From: Betaproteobacteria bacterium
Lineage (GTDB): Bacteria; Pseudomonadota; Gammaproteobacteria; Burkholderiales; SG8-39
Direction of reading: 5' to 3'
Assembly (NCBI GenBank): GCA_052386675.1
Contig: JBQTJX010000014.1
Span: 18,120 to 82,119, forward strand
DNA: 64,000 bases
Shown: in pieces, positions 13,767 to 21,838 of the stretch
Position numbering within the stretch: position 1 is the first letter of the stretch
How the letters are laid out: each line of letters begins with the position of its first letter
Position numbers and translations under genes: made by a program
The notes under the pieces: model-generated
Databases searched by the model: none
Seen by the model: only the letters and a program-made list of their open reading frames with translations
What the model was told of the DNA's origin: nothing

Positions 13767-14597
13767 ATGACAGTTGAGGAAAAACTTTCGGGGGTTAAGG
13801 TCAAAATTGAACGGGCCAACAAGCACATCCTCGAACTCGATGAAGCGATCAAGGGATTCCGAAATGCTCGCCCATACAAAATTGCGCTCAACCACGATTT
13901 GAAGACCGGAAAGCCTATTAGCGCAAAACTGATCAGCATTGAAGGCGTTCCCGATCCCCTCGCCGCTATTGCTGGTGACGTCATCCAAAATCTGAGGAGC
14001 GCTTTGGATCATCTCGCTCACCAGTTGTGGCTCATGGTCCCTGGCGCAGACCCGACGGTTGAGGTCAATTTCCCATTCTGGAACGAGCCCGCGAAATTCA
14101 AATCCGCGCTTAGCAGAAAAATAAAGCGCTGTCGGCAGGACGCGATAGATGTCCTCGGAGCGGTCGAACCATGCAAGGGACTTAAGGGTCACCAGTTGTG
14201 GGTTCTCAATCGCCTTAACAACGTCGACAAACATCGGCTGCTTATTACGATTGCCAGCAGTTGGTTCCACGACATGAGTTTTGAGGACCTGTTCAGCAAT
14301 ACTGGTATCGCAGACTTCTTCGCCGGGGCTGGAATCAGGGAGAAGATCAAGTTCCCCCCGATGGTTATTCGCGCCGCCAATCCGAGCATCAGCGCATTGA
14401 AAGCAGGCGACGTATTGCCGCTGGTTGTATTTGACCGCTCCGCGGAGTCGGAACTCGGCAAGAATCTGTACTTGAGATTTGAGATAACGCTCAACGAACC
14501 TGGCGTTATCGAGGGTAAGCCGATCTTGGAAACGGTCAAGCAACTCGCTGGCTTGGTTAACCGCACTGTTGACGCCTTCAGGCCCTGTCTTGTCTAG
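13767..14597 (+). CDS. Hypothetical 276-aa passenger protein of unknown family; possible HEPN-like Rx4H motif, function unknown
   Basis: Co-oriented with the transposase and 90 nt downstream of it. About 48% GC against about 70% in host flanks. Purine-rich first codon positions. Motifs QNLRSALDHLAH (R77-x4-H82) and LNRLNNVDKHRLL (D154-R157). No obvious SD, and a 317-aa antisense ORF overlaps it fully, so the strand call is not absolute. Confidence 0.6.
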   Translation: MTVEEKLSGVKVKIERANKHILELDEAIKGFRNARPYKIALNHDLKTGKPISAKLISIEGVPDPLAAIAGDVIQNLRSALDHLAHQLWLMVPGADPTVEVNFPFWNEPAKFKSALSRKIKRCRQDAIDVLGAVEPCKGLKGHQLWVLNRLNNVDKHRLLITIASSWFHDMSFEDLFSNTGIADFFAGAGIREKIKFPPMVIRAANPSISALKAGDVLPLVVFDRSAESELGKNLYLRFEITLNEPGVIEGKPILETVKQLAGLVNRTVDAFRPCLV

Positions 14598-14626
14598 AGT
14601 CTTATTCACAGCCAAACTCCAAAGCC

Positions 14627-14743
14627 ATGAATAAACGCCCAATGCCTTCGCCGGATGACGTACTGCGGACGATGCTGAACACGAAGCCGCAGCCTCGCGC
14701 CCAAAAGGCGACACCGAAGAAGAAGCCCAAGAAGGCCAAGTAG
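14627..14743 (+). CDS. Possible 38-codon lysine-rich small ORF (MNKRPMPSPDDVLRTMLNTKPQPRAQKATPKKKPKKAK)
   Basis: Read by hand; below the track cutoff. Lies 29 nt after the passenger stop and still inside the right IR. No recognisable SD, so coding status is doubtful. Confidence 0.2.
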   Translation: MNKRPMPSPDDVLRTMLNTKPQPRAQKATPKKKPKKAK

Positions 14744-14782
14744 GGGCTAGTCACTTTGCCCCCTTCGCGGGCTGTGGTGCCC

Positions 14783-14821
14783 GCGTTTGTTTCGTATACA
14801 GTCGCCCCGATCGGTTACATC
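14783..14821 (-). repeat. Right terminal inverted repeat of the IS element
   Basis: Reverse complement reads GATGTAACCGATCGGGGCGACTGTATACGAAACAAACGC, 34/39 identical to the left IR. Confidence 0.8.
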
Positions 14822-14897
14822 ATGGCAGATTTTAGCGGGTTCATGGATTGACCTTGACCATACTTGTTCCACAAGCAGGCACCGGGTCGCGCGCCAA

Positions 14898-15941
14898 GTG
14901 AGGCCCGCCCGCGAAAGTTGGCTCAACCCCGCACTCGCGCTGGCGCTGTGCGCCGCAGCCGGCGCGCTGATGCAGGCGGTGCGTGCGCCGCTGCCGTGGA
15001 TGATCGGACCGCTGCTTGTGATGGCGTTGTGCAACTTCGGCGGGGCGCGCCTGCGTGCCCCGGGACCGGCGCGCCCGGTCGGGCAAGTGATCATCGGAGT
15101 CGCGCTGGGCCTGTACTTCACGCCGGCGGTCGCGCGGGAGGTGCTTTCGTACTGGCCGATCCTTGTCGCGGGCGCGCTGCTCGCGATGCTGCTCGCCTGG
15201 GCCTGCGCATGGCTGCTGGCAGCCGTGGGCGGCGTGGACCGCATCACCGCGTTCTTCGCCAGCGTGCCTGGAGGCGCCACCGAGATGGCGGTGCTGGGTG
15301 AGCGCTACGGCGGACGAGTGGACCGCGTCGCGCTGGCGCAGAGCCTGCGCATCCTAACCGTGGTGGTCGTGGTTCCGTTTGCGCTGGTCTGGTCCGGCGC
15401 GCGCGGCGAGGACAGCTATCTGCCCGGAGCTGCTGTGGCGTTCGACGCCGGCGGCCTCGCGGCGCTGCTTGCGCTCGCGGCGGCGGCGGGCGGTCTGCTT
15501 TCGCTTGCGCGGCTGCCCAATGCATTCATGTTCGGGCCGCTCATCGCGACCATTGCGCTCACCGTCGCCGAGCAGAGCCTGTCCTCGGTTCCAGGATGGT
15601 TATCGGGTCTGGGGCAATTGCTGCTTGGCTGCGCGCTGGGCTCACGCTTCGAGCGCGCGTACCTCTCCAGCATGGCGCGATACGTCGCCGCGGTTTTCGC
15701 GAGCATCCTGTTCGCCATCGTCCTCGCTGCCGGAAGCGCTTTTGCGCTGGCCTGGCTTTCGGGCCTGCCGGCGGCCACGCTGGTGCTGGCCACCGCGCCC
15801 GGCGGCATTGCCGAGATGTGCATCATGGCCAAGGTGCTGCAGTTGGGCGTGCCTCTGGTCACGGCCGCGCACGTCACCCGGGTGATCGTGCTGCTGGCCA
15901 CCACAGCCCCCGTATTCCGCTTCATGCGGCGATTCCTTTGA
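14898..15941 (+). CDS. AbrB-duplication family polytopic membrane protein (PF05145-like; often annotated 'putative ammonia monooxygenase')
   Basis: Very hydrophobic with a visible internal duplication (PLPWMIGPLL / PNAFMFGPLIA; ASVPGGATEMAVL / ATAPGGIAEMCIMA). The track ORF starts at 14787 inside the IS right IR, so the in-frame GTG at 14898 is preferred. Start uncertain. Confidence 0.8.
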   Translation: MRPARESWLNPALALALCAAAGALMQAVRAPLPWMIGPLLVMALCNFGGARLRAPGPARPVGQVIIGVALGLYFTPAVAREVLSYWPILVAGALLAMLLAWACAWLLAAVGGVDRITAFFASVPGGATEMAVLGERYGGRVDRVALAQSLRILTVVVVVPFALVWSGARGEDSYLPGAAVAFDAGGLAALLALAAAAGGLLSLARLPNAFMFGPLIATIALTVAEQSLSSVPGWLSGLGQLLLGCALGSRFERAYLSSMARYVAAVFASILFAIVLAAGSAFALAWLSGLPAATLVLATAPGGIAEMCIMAKVLQLGVPLVTAAHVTRVIVLLATTAPVFRFMRRFL

Positions 15942-16079
15942 CTGTGTATCTCGTTGTCGGGAAAGGGAAATATCGTTCAGTTCCCGGGCCGTCCCCAGCG
16001 CGGTAAAATCCGCCCCCACATAAAATCATGCCGGCCCGGGTTCTTGCCCAGGGCCGTTTTGCTTTCAGGAGTGAACGCG

Positions 16080-17897
16080 ATGCCCGAATCCCTCGCCCGG
16101 CCTGACTGGGTGCGCCACCGGAAACTGGTCGATTGGGTCGCCGGATTCGTGAAGCTCGCCCAGCCCGCGCGCGTGGTCTGGTGCGACGGTTCGCAGGATG
16201 AGTATGACCGCCTGTGCGTCGAACTGGTGCAGTCCGGCACGTTCCTCAAGCTGAACGAGAAGCTCCGCCCGGGCAGTTTCCTTGCGCGATCGCACCCGAA
16301 TGATGTCGCGCGCATGGAGGACCGTACCTTCATCTGCTCTGCGAAGAAGGATGACGCCGGCCCGACCAATAACTGGATCGAACCTGGCGAGATGCGTGAC
16401 ACGCTCCAGCGCCTGTTTGACGGTTGCATGCGCGGCCGCACCCTGTACGTGGTGCCGTTTTCAATGGGCCCGATCGGTTCGCACATCGCTCAGGTGGGCG
16501 TGGAACTCACCGATTCGGCATACGTCGCGGTGAACATGAAGTTGATGACGCGCATGGGTCGCGCGGTGGTGGAGCACATGGGCGAGGACGGCGCCTTCGT
16601 GCCCTGCGTGCACTCGGTCGGCGCGCCGCTGGCGCCAGGCGCCAGTGACGTGCCCTGGCCCTGCAATGACAAGGAAAAGTGGATCGTGCATTTCCCGGAG
16701 ACGCGGGAAATCTGGTCCTTCGGTTCCGGCTACGGCGGCAACGCGCTGCTCGGCAAGAAGTGCCTTGCCTTGCGTATCGCTTCGGTGATGGCCCGCGACG
16801 AGGGCTGGCTGGCCGAGCACCTGGTGATCCTCGGGGTGGAATCGCCCGCGGGCGAGAAGCACTACGTCACTGCGGCTTTCCCGAGCGCCTGCGGCAAGAC
16901 CAACTTCGCCATGGTGATCCCGCCGGCGTCCTTCGCCGGCTGGAAGGTGACCACGGTTGGCGAGGACATTGCCTGGATCAAGCCGGGCAAAGATGGCCGC
17001 TTCTACGCCATCAATCCGGAAGCGGGATTCTTCGGTGTCGCGCCGGGGACCTCGGAGAAGACCAACTCGAACGCGATGAAGATGCTTCGCGCGAACGTCA
17101 TTTTCACCAACGTCGCTCTTACCCCGGAAGGCGACGTCTGGTGGGAGGAGATGACCAAGGAGCCTCCTGCGAGGCTCATCGACTGGCAGGGCAAGGAGTG
17201 GACCCCGGGCTGCGGTCGCCCGGCGGCGCATCCCAATTCGCGTTTCACCGTCGCGGCCTCGCAGTGCCCCTCGATCGACCCGGCATGGGAGGATCCCCAG
17301 GGTGTGCCGGTTTCGGCATTCATTTTCGGCGGCCGGCGTTCCTCCACGGTGCCGCTGGTGGTCGAGGCCTCGAACTGGGAGGAAGGTGTGTACATGGGCG
17401 CGACGCTGGGTTCGGAAACCACGGCGGCGATTACTGGCAAGGTGGGCGTGGTACGGCGCGACCCAATGGCCATGATCGCGTTCTGCGGCTATCACATGGC
17501 GGACTACTTCGCGCACTGGCTGAAGATGGGCAAGGCGGTGGCCAGGCCGCCGCGCATCTTCCGGGTCAACTGGTTCCGCAAGGATGCGAGTGGAAAGTTC
17601 ATCTGGCCGGGTTTCTCCGAGAACATGCGCGTGCTGAAGTGGGTCGTGGACCGGTGCGCCTCGCGCGCTTCCGGCGCGGAGACGCCCTTGGGGGTCATTC
17701 CGCGCTATGAGGACCTGCAGTGGTCCGGGCTGGAGGGCTTCGGACGGGCGAACTTCGAGGACATTTCCCGGGTCGAGGAGCCAGCCTGGGCGGAGGAGCT
17801 GAAGTCGCACGACGAGCTGTTCGGCAAGCTCGGCAGCCGCATGCCGACGGTACTCGAGAAGCGCCGCGGCACCATGCATCAGAAGCTCGCCGCGTAG
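16080..17897 (+). CDS. pckG: Phosphoenolpyruvate carboxykinase (GTP)
   Basis: ATG 16080 is preceded by AGGAG. Motifs [26 protein letters not shown] (kinase P-loop) and [15 protein letters not shown]. About 605 aa. Confidence 0.95.
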   Translation: MPESLARPDWVRHRKLVDWVAGFVKLAQPARVVWCDGSQDEYDRLCVELVQSGTFLKLNEKLRPGSFLARSHPNDVARMEDRTFICSAKKDDAGPTNNWIEPGEMRDTLQRLFDGCMRGRTLYVVPFSMGPIGSHIAQVGVELTDSAYVAVNMKLMTRMGRAVVEHMGEDGAFVPCVHSVGAPLAPGASDVPWPCNDKEKWIVHFPETREIWSFGSGYGGNALLGKKCLALRIASVMARDEGWLAEHLVILGVESPAGEKHYVTAAFPSACGKTNFAMVIPPASFAGWKVTTVGEDIAWIKPGKDGRFYAINPEAGFFGVAPGTSEKTNSNAMKMLRANVIFTNVALTPEGDVWWEEMTKEPPARLIDWQGKEWTPGCGRPAAHPNSRFTVAASQCPSIDPAWEDPQGVPVSAFIFGGRRSSTVPLVVEASNWEEGVYMGATLGSETTAAITGKVGVVRRDPMAMIAFCGYHMADYFAHWLKMGKAVARPPRIFRVNWFRKDASGKFIWPGFSENMRVLKWVVDRCASRASGAETPLGVIPRYEDLQWSGLEGFGRANFEDISRVEEPAWAEELKSHDELFGKLGSRMPTVLEKRRGTMHQKLAA

Positions 17898-17898
17898 C

Positions 17899-19083
17899 TC
17901 AGGTCCTCGGCCGGATCATCGGCAGCGCCAGGGCGGCGGCGAGTACCGCAATGGCCGCCGCTGCCGCGAACACCGTCGGCGATCTGGTGAACTCCAAGAG
18001 CTGACCCCCCAGAGTCAGCCCGACGCCGACGCCAGCGAGCAGTCCCGTCGCCGACCACGTGAACGCCTCGGCGGCGTGCTCCGGCCGCGAGGTCTTCGCC
18101 ACCAGCATGGCCTGCATGATCAGCGCCGGCGCCATCACCACGCCGGCGACGACGCAGTAGAGCGCGAACAACCACTCCGGCAAGCCTATCGCGAGTGGCG
18201 CGACGCCCAATCCCATCAAGGCCAATGTCAGCGGGAACTGGCGGTTTAGGGGCATGTGCCAGGTGCGGCTGCCGTAGAACAGGCCGCCCACGGCGCTGCC
18301 AATACTCATGATCCCCAGCAGCACGCCGGCATACGCGGGCATGCCGGCCTCGGCAGCGTGCGCGGTGGCGCCGATCTCGATCAGGCCGAAGGCGCTCGCG
18401 TAGCAGAGGATGACGATCAACAGGCGTGAGAAGGCGGGTTCGGTGAGCGGACCGAACAGGTTCGCGCTGCGGCTTGGCTCGATGCGCCATTGCGTGATGG
18501 CGCGCGCGCGCAAGAACAGGATCGGGCCGAGGAAGCCGCAGGCCGCTGCGAACAGGACGGCCATCGAGGGCGAGGAAAAGGCGACGAACATCGCCACCAG
18601 CATCGGACCGGTGATGAAGATGAGTTCGATCAGCACCGACTCCAGCGAATAGGCAGTGGTGAGCTGGACGTCCTCTTTCAGCTGCTGCTTGAAGAAGGTA
18701 CGCATGCAGGCGGTGATCGGCGGGAAACTCGCGCCGGATGCGGCTGCGCAGCCGAGCGCGACCCAGAGCGGCGCCTGGATCGAATAGGCGAGCACAAGAC
18801 CGACCAGCGCGGACGGAAACGCGAAGGCGCATGCAAGCAGCGTCGGCCGCGGTCCGAAGCGGTCGATTGCGCGCCCGAGCAGGGGCGCAACGGCCGCGAG
18901 CCCAATGACATAGCTCGCACTGGCGATGCCGCCTTGGGCGAACGATCCGGTGACCGATTGCGCGAGCAGCAGGATCGCCAGGCCCAATATGCCTATCGGC
19001 AGCCGCCCGAGAATCGAGGCAAGGATCAGCGAACGCAGGTGCGGGCGCTCAAGCAGCGTTGCATACCGGGACAGGGAAATCAT
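17899..19083 (-). CDS. MFS transporter
   Basis: About 394 aa of repeated hydrophobic helices with short basic loops (e.g. GRAIDRFGPRP after TM2). ATG 19083 is preferred over the TTG at 19116. Confidence 0.8.
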   Translation of the reverse strand: MISLSRYATLLERPHLRSLILASILGRLPIGILGLAILLLAQSVTGSFAQGGIASASYVIGLAAVAPLLGRAIDRFGPRPTLLACAFAFPSALVGLVLAYSIQAPLWVALGCAAASGASFPPITACMRTFFKQQLKEDVQLTTAYSLESVLIELIFITGPMLVAMFVAFSSPSMAVLFAAACGFLGPILFLRARAITQWRIEPSRSANLFGPLTEPAFSRLLIVILCYASAFGLIEIGATAHAAEAGMPAYAGVLLGIMSIGSAVGGLFYGSRTWHMPLNRQFPLTLALMGLGVAPLAIGLPEWLFALYCVVAGVVMAPALIMQAMLVAKTSRPEHAAEAFTWSATGLLAGVGVGLTLGGQLLEFTRSPTVFAAAAAIAVLAAALALPMIRPRT

Positions 19084-19146
19084 CAGGTGCGAACCCCGCG
19101 GAGGGGGGCGGCGCAAAAGGGCGGCGATTGTCTCACGTCCAACGCT

Positions 19147-19155
19147 TGTGGATAA
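19147..19155 (-). promoter_or_regulatory. Perfect consensus DnaA box (TGTGGATAA on plus = TTATCCACA on minus)
   Basis: Exact 9-mer in the 207-bp divergent spacer between the MFS gene and mnmG. Confidence 0.5.
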
Positions 19156-19191
19156 GTATTGCTGCAGTGCAACAGGCGTCGCTGCCTGGAA

Positions 19192-19207
19192 GGTTTCACG
19201 TGGAACA
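19192..19207. other. parS centromere-like site (GGTTTCACGTGGAACA, 15/16 to TGTTTCACGTGNAACA)
   Basis: Read directly. Differs from the ParB-binding consensus only at position 1. Lies 2.6 kb upstream of parAB. Confidence 0.7.
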
Positions 19208-19240
19208 TCAAACGGTGCCGCATCCTGGCCGAATCAGGGT

Positions 19241-19256
19241 GGTTCCACGTGGAACG
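19241..19256. other. parS-like site (GGTTCCACGTGGAACG; inner 14 bp is a perfect palindrome)
   Basis: 14/16 to the degenerate palindromic form TGTTNCACGTGNAACA. Located 33 nt downstream of the first parS. Confidence 0.6.
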
Positions 19257-19290
19257 CTCACGTATGATTGCGCCTCTTCAGATCCTGCCC

Positions 19291-21204
19291 ATGCGATTTC
19301 CAGACACCTTCGACGTCATTGTGATCGGCGGCGGCCATGCCGGCACCGAGGCGGCGCTGGCGGCCGCGCGTGCCGGCTCGAAGACGCTTCTCCTTTCGCA
19401 CAGCATCGAGACGCTTGGGCAGATGTCCTGCAACCCGTCCATCGGCGGCATCGGCAAGGGGCATCTCGTCAAGGAGGTGGACGCCCTGGGCGGCGCCATG
19501 GCACTGGCCACAGACGAGGCGGGCATCCAGTTCCGGACCCTCAACTCGTCCAAAGGGCCTGCTGTTCGGGCCACCCGCGCGCAGGCCGACCGGGTGCTCT
19601 ATCGCAGGGCGATCCGCAGGCGATTGGAGTATCAGCCCAATCTCACCCTGTTCCAGCAGGCGGTGGACGACATTCTGATAGAGGGCGGTCGGGCTACCGG
19701 GGTCGTGACCCAGCTCGGGATCCGGTTCTGTGGCCGGACCGTGGTCCTGACGGCCGGGACTTTCCTCTCAGGGACAGTCCACGTCGGGCTCATGAACACC
19801 ACCGCAGGACGGGCGGGTGACCCGGCGTCCGTGACTCTGGCCGCCCGGCTCCGGGAATTGAAGTTGCCGGTAGGACGGTTGAAGACCGGCACCCCGCCCC
19901 GGCTGGATGGCAAGACCATCGAATTCAGTCTGCTCGAAGAGCAGCCTGGGGACACGCCCGAACCGGTGTTTTCGTTCCTGGGCCGGCGCGACATGCACCC
20001 GCGGCAATTGCCTTGCTGGGTCACCCATACCAACGCCCGTACGCACGATGTGATCCGCGACGGCTTGGACCGCTCGCCGATGTTTACCGGCGTCATAAAA
20101 GGAGTCGGGCCGCGCTACTGCCCGTCCATCGAAGACAAAATCCACCGCTTCGCAGGCAAGCAGAGCCACCAGATCTACCTCGAACCCGAAGGCCTGGACA
20201 CGAGCGAGATCTACCCCAACGGCATTTCAACCAGCCTGCCATTCGACGTCCAGGTGGATTTGGTGCGATCCATACGGGGCCTGGAGAACGCGCACATCCT
20301 GCGGCCGGGCTACGCCATCGAGTACGACTACTTCGATCCTTGCGAGCTGAAGTCCTCGCTGGAGACCAAGTCCATTCCGGGTTTGTTCTTTGCCGGCCAG
20401 ATCAACGGCACCACCGGCTATGAGGAAGCCGCTGCACAAGGCCTGCTGGCGGGGCTGAATGCGGCCCTGCAGGCGAATGGGCGGGAGCCGTGGTGCCCGG
20501 GACGCGAGGAAGCGTACATGGGCGTCCTGATCAGCGACCTTGTCACGCGTGGCGTGTCCGAGCCCTATCGGATGTTCACCAGCCGAGCCGAGTATCGGCT
20601 CATGCTCCGCGAGGACAACGCCGACCTGCGCCTGACGGAAATGGGACGCAAGATGGGTCTTGTGGACGACATGCGCTGGGACGCGTTCAATCGCAAGCGC
20701 GATGCGATCGCGCGCGAGCGCGAGCGCTTGCGGAGCACCTGGGTCAACCCGAGAACGCTTCCGCCAGAGGTGGCCGAGCGCCTCCTGGGCCAGGCCATCG
20801 AACATGAGTACAGCCTCGAGAGTTTGCTGCGCAGACCGAATGTGAGTTACCACACACTTAACGAATTGGCGGCATCTTCAAAGGGCGTAGTAGATCAGGT
20901 GGTAGCCGAGCAGGTGGAGATTCAGACAAAGTACGAAGGCTATATCGCCCGACAGCGGGATGAGGTCGCGCGCCGCGCCGCACAAGACTCCCTGCGCTTG
21001 TCGGCCGACTTCGACTATGCGTCGGTGCGAGGGCTATCAGTAGAAGTGCGCCAGAAGCTAGCGCACTTTCGCCCCGAAACTATCGGTCATGCGACGCGCA
21101 TTTCCGGCATCACGCCCGCAGCGATCGCGCTGTTGCTGGTGCACCTGAAGCGCACCGGGGCCGGCGCCTCGCGCCGTGCCTCGCCCGAGCAATCCGCCGC
21201 ATGA
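19291..21204 (+). CDS. mnmG: tRNA uridine 5-carboxymethylaminomethyl modification enzyme MnmG/GidA
   Basis: [29 protein letters not shown] at ATG 19291. In-frame alternatives exist at 19264 and 19159. About 637 aa. Confidence 0.95.
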   Translation: MRFPDTFDVIVIGGGHAGTEAALAAARAGSKTLLLSHSIETLGQMSCNPSIGGIGKGHLVKEVDALGGAMALATDEAGIQFRTLNSSKGPAVRATRAQADRVLYRRAIRRRLEYQPNLTLFQQAVDDILIEGGRATGVVTQLGIRFCGRTVVLTAGTFLSGTVHVGLMNTTAGRAGDPASVTLAARLRELKLPVGRLKTGTPPRLDGKTIEFSLLEEQPGDTPEPVFSFLGRRDMHPRQLPCWVTHTNARTHDVIRDGLDRSPMFTGVIKGVGPRYCPSIEDKIHRFAGKQSHQIYLEPEGLDTSEIYPNGISTSLPFDVQVDLVRSIRGLENAHILRPGYAIEYDYFDPCELKSSLETKSIPGLFFAGQINGTTGYEEAAAQGLLAGLNAALQANGREPWCPGREEAYMGVLISDLVTRGVSEPYRMFTSRAEYRLMLREDNADLRLTEMGRKMGLVDDMRWDAFNRKRDAIARERERLRSTWVNPRTLPPEVAERLLGQAIEHEYSLESLLRRPNVSYHTLNELAASSKGVVDQVVAEQVEIQTKYEGYIARQRDEVARRAAQDSLRLSADFDYASVRGLSVEVRQKLAHFRPETIGHATRISGITPAAIALLLVHLKRTGAGASRRASPEQSAA

Positions 21205-21836
21205 CGCCGCAGGCTGCGCTGTTGAGCGGGCTGTCGGAACTCGCGCCGAGACTCGTCGCGCCGCTGCCGGAAAGCGCGCCAGCCAAGCTCATGGCCTACC
21301 TCGAACTGCTCGCAAAGTGGAACCGCACGCACAACCTGACCGCGATCCGCGACCCTCTGCGCTCCGTGAGCCATCACCTGCTGGACAGCCTCGTCGTCCT
21401 TCCTGAGTTGCCGCCTGGCGCGCTCGCCGATGTTGGCGCCGGTGGCGGATTGCCGGGCATTCCGATCGCCATCGCCGAGCCCGCGCGCCGCGTGGCACTG
21501 AACGACGCCAACCAGAAGAAGGGCGCCTTCCTGCGCCAGGCGGTGATCGAGTTGGGCCTGGCCAACGCCGAAGTGCACGTCGGCCGCGTGGAAGAGTGGA
21601 CTCCGTTCGAGCGTTTCGCGGTCGTGATCTCTCGCGGCTTGTCGGAATTGGGGCAATTCATCGTCTCCTGCAGGCACCTCGTCGCCCCCGGAGGCGTGCT
21701 CGCGGCAATGAAGGGCGTGCACCCGGAAGCAGAACTTGCCGCAGTGAACGGCTGCGATTGCAGTGATGTGCGCAGGCTCCGTGTTCCCATGCTCGATGAA
21801 GCGCGCCACCTGGTTCTTTGCAGGCCGGGCGGCTGA
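21201..21836 (+). CDS. rsmG: 16S rRNA (guanine527-N7)-methyltransferase RsmG/GidB
   Basis: 211 aa with SAM motif [19 protein letters not shown] overlap with the mnmG stop. Confidence 0.93.
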   Translation: MTPQAALLSGLSELAPRLVAPLPESAPAKLMAYLELLAKWNRTHNLTAIRDPLRSVSHHLLDSLVVLPELPPGALADVGAGGGLPGIPIAIAEPARRVALNDANQKKGAFLRQAVIELGLANAEVHVGRVEEWTPFERFAVVISRGLSELGQFIVSCRHLVAPGGVLAAMKGVHPEAELAAVNGCDCSDVRRLRVPMLDEARHLVLCRPGG

Positions 21837-21838
21837 CC

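Larger units (their letters stand above)
12665..14821 (+). mobile_element. IS1595-family insertion sequence carrying passenger genes (2,157 bp, bounded by 39-bp imperfect inverted repeats)
   Basis: Terminal inverted repeats match at 34/39 positions, the outer 20 perfectly. They enclose an IS1595/ISXO2-like transposase plus about 1.1 kb of low-GC cargo. Inserted between mnmE and an AbrB-like gene. Confidence 0.8.

Noticed and set aside
13761-14714. 317-aa minus-strand ORF fully antisense to the 276-aa passenger ORF and the 38-codon ORF
   Set aside because: Its codons are in exact antiparallel register with the plus ORF. In that register antisense stops arise only from plus-strand TTA, CTA or TCA codons, and the plus ORF uses none. 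Plus-strand first codon positions are strongly purine-rich (gene-like), and the plus ORF is co-oriented with the transposase. The region is only about 48% GC, so a shadow ORF this long is less trivial than elsewhere and it is not fully excluded. It needs homology or Ribo-seq evidence.
12657-14829. Target-site duplication flanking the IS element
   Set aside because: The 8-nt flanks (GACGGATG and ATGGCAGA) do not match. Only a 4-nt ATGG is shared, which is within chance expectation, so no duplication is claimed.
14787-14897. N-terminal extension of the AbrB-like ORF starting at 14787
   Set aside because: That start lies inside the IS right inverted repeat (14783-14821), so it would be created by the insertion. 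The in-frame GTG at 14898 gives a protein of typical length (about 347 aa) that begins just before the first hydrophobic helix.
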